Source: Nemertoderma westbladi (lineage: Eukaryota; Animalia; Xenacoelomorpha). From it: a stretch of DNA of 64,000 nucleotides. Shown in pieces: positions 63,101-64,000 of this stretch. Where the stretch lies: assembly GCA_032718475.1 (NCBI GenBank), contig JAUCBJ010007794.1, forward strand, positions 6,123-70,122. The letters are read 5' to 3'. The translations under genes and the position numbers were made by a program. Under the pieces are notes generated by a model. The model was not told where the DNA came from, searched no databases, and saw nothing but the letters and a program-made list of their open reading frames with translations. Each line of letters opens with the position of its first letter. The stretch's first letter is position 1.

Positions 63101-64000
63101 GCTATACCGGTATTTAATATTATATAGTAGCTATATAATAATATTTTTGTTTAAATATTGTGCTAGTATTTGCTATAACTATATACCCCATTAAATTCAC
63201 AATATTGCATTGCGAATTTATTTGACATTTTGGACCAACTGATTATTTGACAATTAATTTGACCGTATTTCGGTTAAATTATAATTATATCTCGAACTTT
63301 TGCGAGATTTTTGCCGGAAGGCAAACATTATTAAGACTATGAGTGTCTCAGACAAAGAGGCACTAGAGGACAGCTATGAGACGGCGGCTGGACCGCCGAC
63401 TGACGATAGCGTAAATATTACTGTTGACGACAATGCCGACTATGACGACGCAGCGAGCGACGCTGACGTAAGTGAACAGGAGGACGAGACAGTGACTAGT
63501 GAGGAAGAAGAACTACCTCAGGTAATAGTATTAGGATCCCCTACCGCTACTGTAAGGAAGGATTGTACAGCAACCCGGACAGAGGTGAGTGATAGGGAGG
63601 GTAGTGTAGCAGAAGCGAGAGCCCGGAGCCCGGTTTCCAGACCTGTGGGTATGGTAAGTGCCGTGGTCCCAACGGCTGTTAGGAGTACCCGTAGTTCCCG
63701 AAATAATCCTTCAAGTCCACCGAGTGTGAGTCAGGTAAGCGAGAGAGAACTTGATATCGCGATAAAGAAGAAACTTCGCGCGCACGCCGGACATATAACT
63801 CGGACGACGGACAAGGTAAGGAAGATGTTAGCCGACTCAGCGAACATCGGACGGGAAGGGTTAGTAGAGATTAGAAGAGGATATAACTCAGCGTTATTCA
63901 AGCAGACGGAGGAGCTTGCAGTCCTAGCGAAGAAGGCAGTAGAGTCTCAGTCGAGCGACGTGGCGACGAGGATTTACGACAGGGTTTTAGCAGCCTTGTT
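60108..64000 (+). mobile_element. LTR retrotransposon D (probably BEL/Pao): 5' LTR, leader and gag start
   Basis: Begins TGTTACGG where B/C homology breaks. CCAAT and TATAAA at ~60584-60641, AATAAA at ~62148, candidate LTR end TTTAACA at 62210 (uncertain, no second LTR in the window). Confidence 0.7.
63339..64000 (+). CDS. Probable gag N-terminus of element D (runs off the window; absent from the ORF track)
   Basis: My translation: MSVSDKEALEDSYETAAG...acidic/Ser-Pro tract...KKKLRAHAGHITRTTDKVRKML..., no stop before the window end; resembles the helical N-terminus of BEL Gag. Confidence 0.7.
   Translation, partial: MSVSDKEALEDSYETAAGPPTDDSVNITVDDNADYDDAASDADVSEQEDETVTSEEEELPQVIVLGSPTATVRKDCTATRTEVSDREGSVAEARARSPVSRPVGMVSAVVPTAVRSTRSSRNNPSSPPSVSQVSERELDIAIKKKLRAHAGHITRTTDKVRKMLADSANIGREGLVEIRRGYNSALFKQTEELAVLAKKAVESQSSDVATRIYDRVLAAL

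Overview
Eukaryotic (probably invertebrate) repeat-rich DNA with no recognisable host gene. Bases 1-12849 are a G-rich 67-bp satellite, homogeneous on the left and increasingly diverged, with higher-order structure, toward its right edge; all long Pro-rich ORFs there are artefacts. Bases 12850-20345 hold a TIR-bounded non-autonomous DNA element, a LINE 3' fragment and two minisatellites. Bases 20346-64000 are a nest of four LTR retrotransposons, at least three clearly BEL/Pao. Element A (minus strand, 558-bp LTR) contains element B (minus, 18.5 kb, 1244-bp LTRs, TSD CTGTT) inside its integrase. Element C (plus, relative of B) is inserted in A's 5' LTR, and element D is inserted in C's gag. Main result: A and B each carry a large extra ORF between pol and the 3' LTR that is not env-like. 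In A it looks like a WRN/EXD/RNase D-type DEDDy 3'-5' exonuclease fused to three CCHC zinc knuckles. B's extra ORF shares the knuckle pair plus a downstream E-x-x-AD-x5-R-x-R motif but has a different N-terminus. A's RT region is replaced by an inverted copy of that module. All protein assignments are by-eye motif recognition, not database searches.
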